From Minisyncoccota bacterium (GTDB lineage Bacteria; Patescibacteriota; Minisyncoccia; Phycocordibacterales; UBA5272): a DNA stretch of 64,000 bases. The stretch covers positions 242,661 through 306,660 of the forward strand of contig JBAZJW010000001.1 in NCBI GenBank assembly GCA_041651055.1. Direction: 5' to 3'. Below are positions 63,980 to 64,000 of the stretch, piece by piece. The notes under the pieces are model-generated. The model was not told where the DNA came from. It made no database searches and saw only the letters and a list, made by a program, of their open reading frames with translations. The translations under genes and the position numbers were made by a program. Within the stretch, counting starts at the first letter, position 1; every line of letters starts with the position of its first letter.

Positions 63980-64000
63980 GACTCTGTCCTTACCTTGTAC

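Overview
This 64 kb window looks like part of a small, streamlined bacterial genome, probably CPR/Patescibacteria-like: aminoacyl-tRNA synthetases are short-form, SD sequences are mostly absent, and LamG-repeat surface proteins are present.

Most housekeeping genes sit on the minus strand in long co-directional runs:
- aspS and trpS.
- The hsp70 operon grpE-dnaK-dnaJ.
- A ribosomal/alpha-operon block: rpsI, rplM, rplQ, rpoA, rpsD, rpsK, rpsM, rpmJ, infA.
- alaS, ychF and a DsbA-like oxidoreductase.
- The dcw cluster start mraZ-rsmH-ftsL-ftsI.
- lysS and greA.
- The elongasome genes mrdA, mreC, mreB.
- proS, rseP, frr, holB-like, and a second mreB.

Plus-strand blocks are: a PriA-like gene with def-fmt; a metal-homeostasis island (csoR, a GSP-synthase-like ATP-grasp, a Cys-rich MauE-like membrane protein, a Met-rich DUF305 protein) followed by a C39-like peptidase, PAP2 and Gmad2/GerMN genes; and nitroreductase, ABC-F and an RRM RNA-binding protein.

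Other identified elements are a tRNA-Asn(GUU), an IS200/RAYT-type Y1 transposase flanked by REP-like hairpins, and many palindromic intrinsic terminators.

Observations not explained by the ordinary gene content:
1. A ~100-nt structured repeat (R1) occurs four times, with a conserved core hairpin and covarying outer stem. It sits directly 3' of minus-strand stop codons.
2. An AT-rich ~35-nt repeat family (R2; ATATTCAATAAA / TTTATTGAATAT) has at least 7 copies. One is inserted in-frame inside tlyA and one supplies the stop codon of a NusB-NUDIX fusion gene.
3. A set of plus-strand ORFans carry canonical Shine-Dalgarno sequences and their own GC-rich terminators and appear more GC-rich by eye. 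They are wedged between minus-strand housekeeping operons whose genes lack SD and appear leaderless.
4. Among these plus-strand genes, a two-gene module (37164-39558) encodes an unknown 388-aa protein plus an HhH-GPD/4-Cys DNA-glycosylase-like protein. It is the best candidate for an undescribed system.
5. A ~390-nt ORF-free candidate structured ncRNA lies downstream of tRNA-Asn, next to duplicated tRNA 3'-end fragments.

All calls are from reading the sequence and recalled family motifs. No database searches were run.
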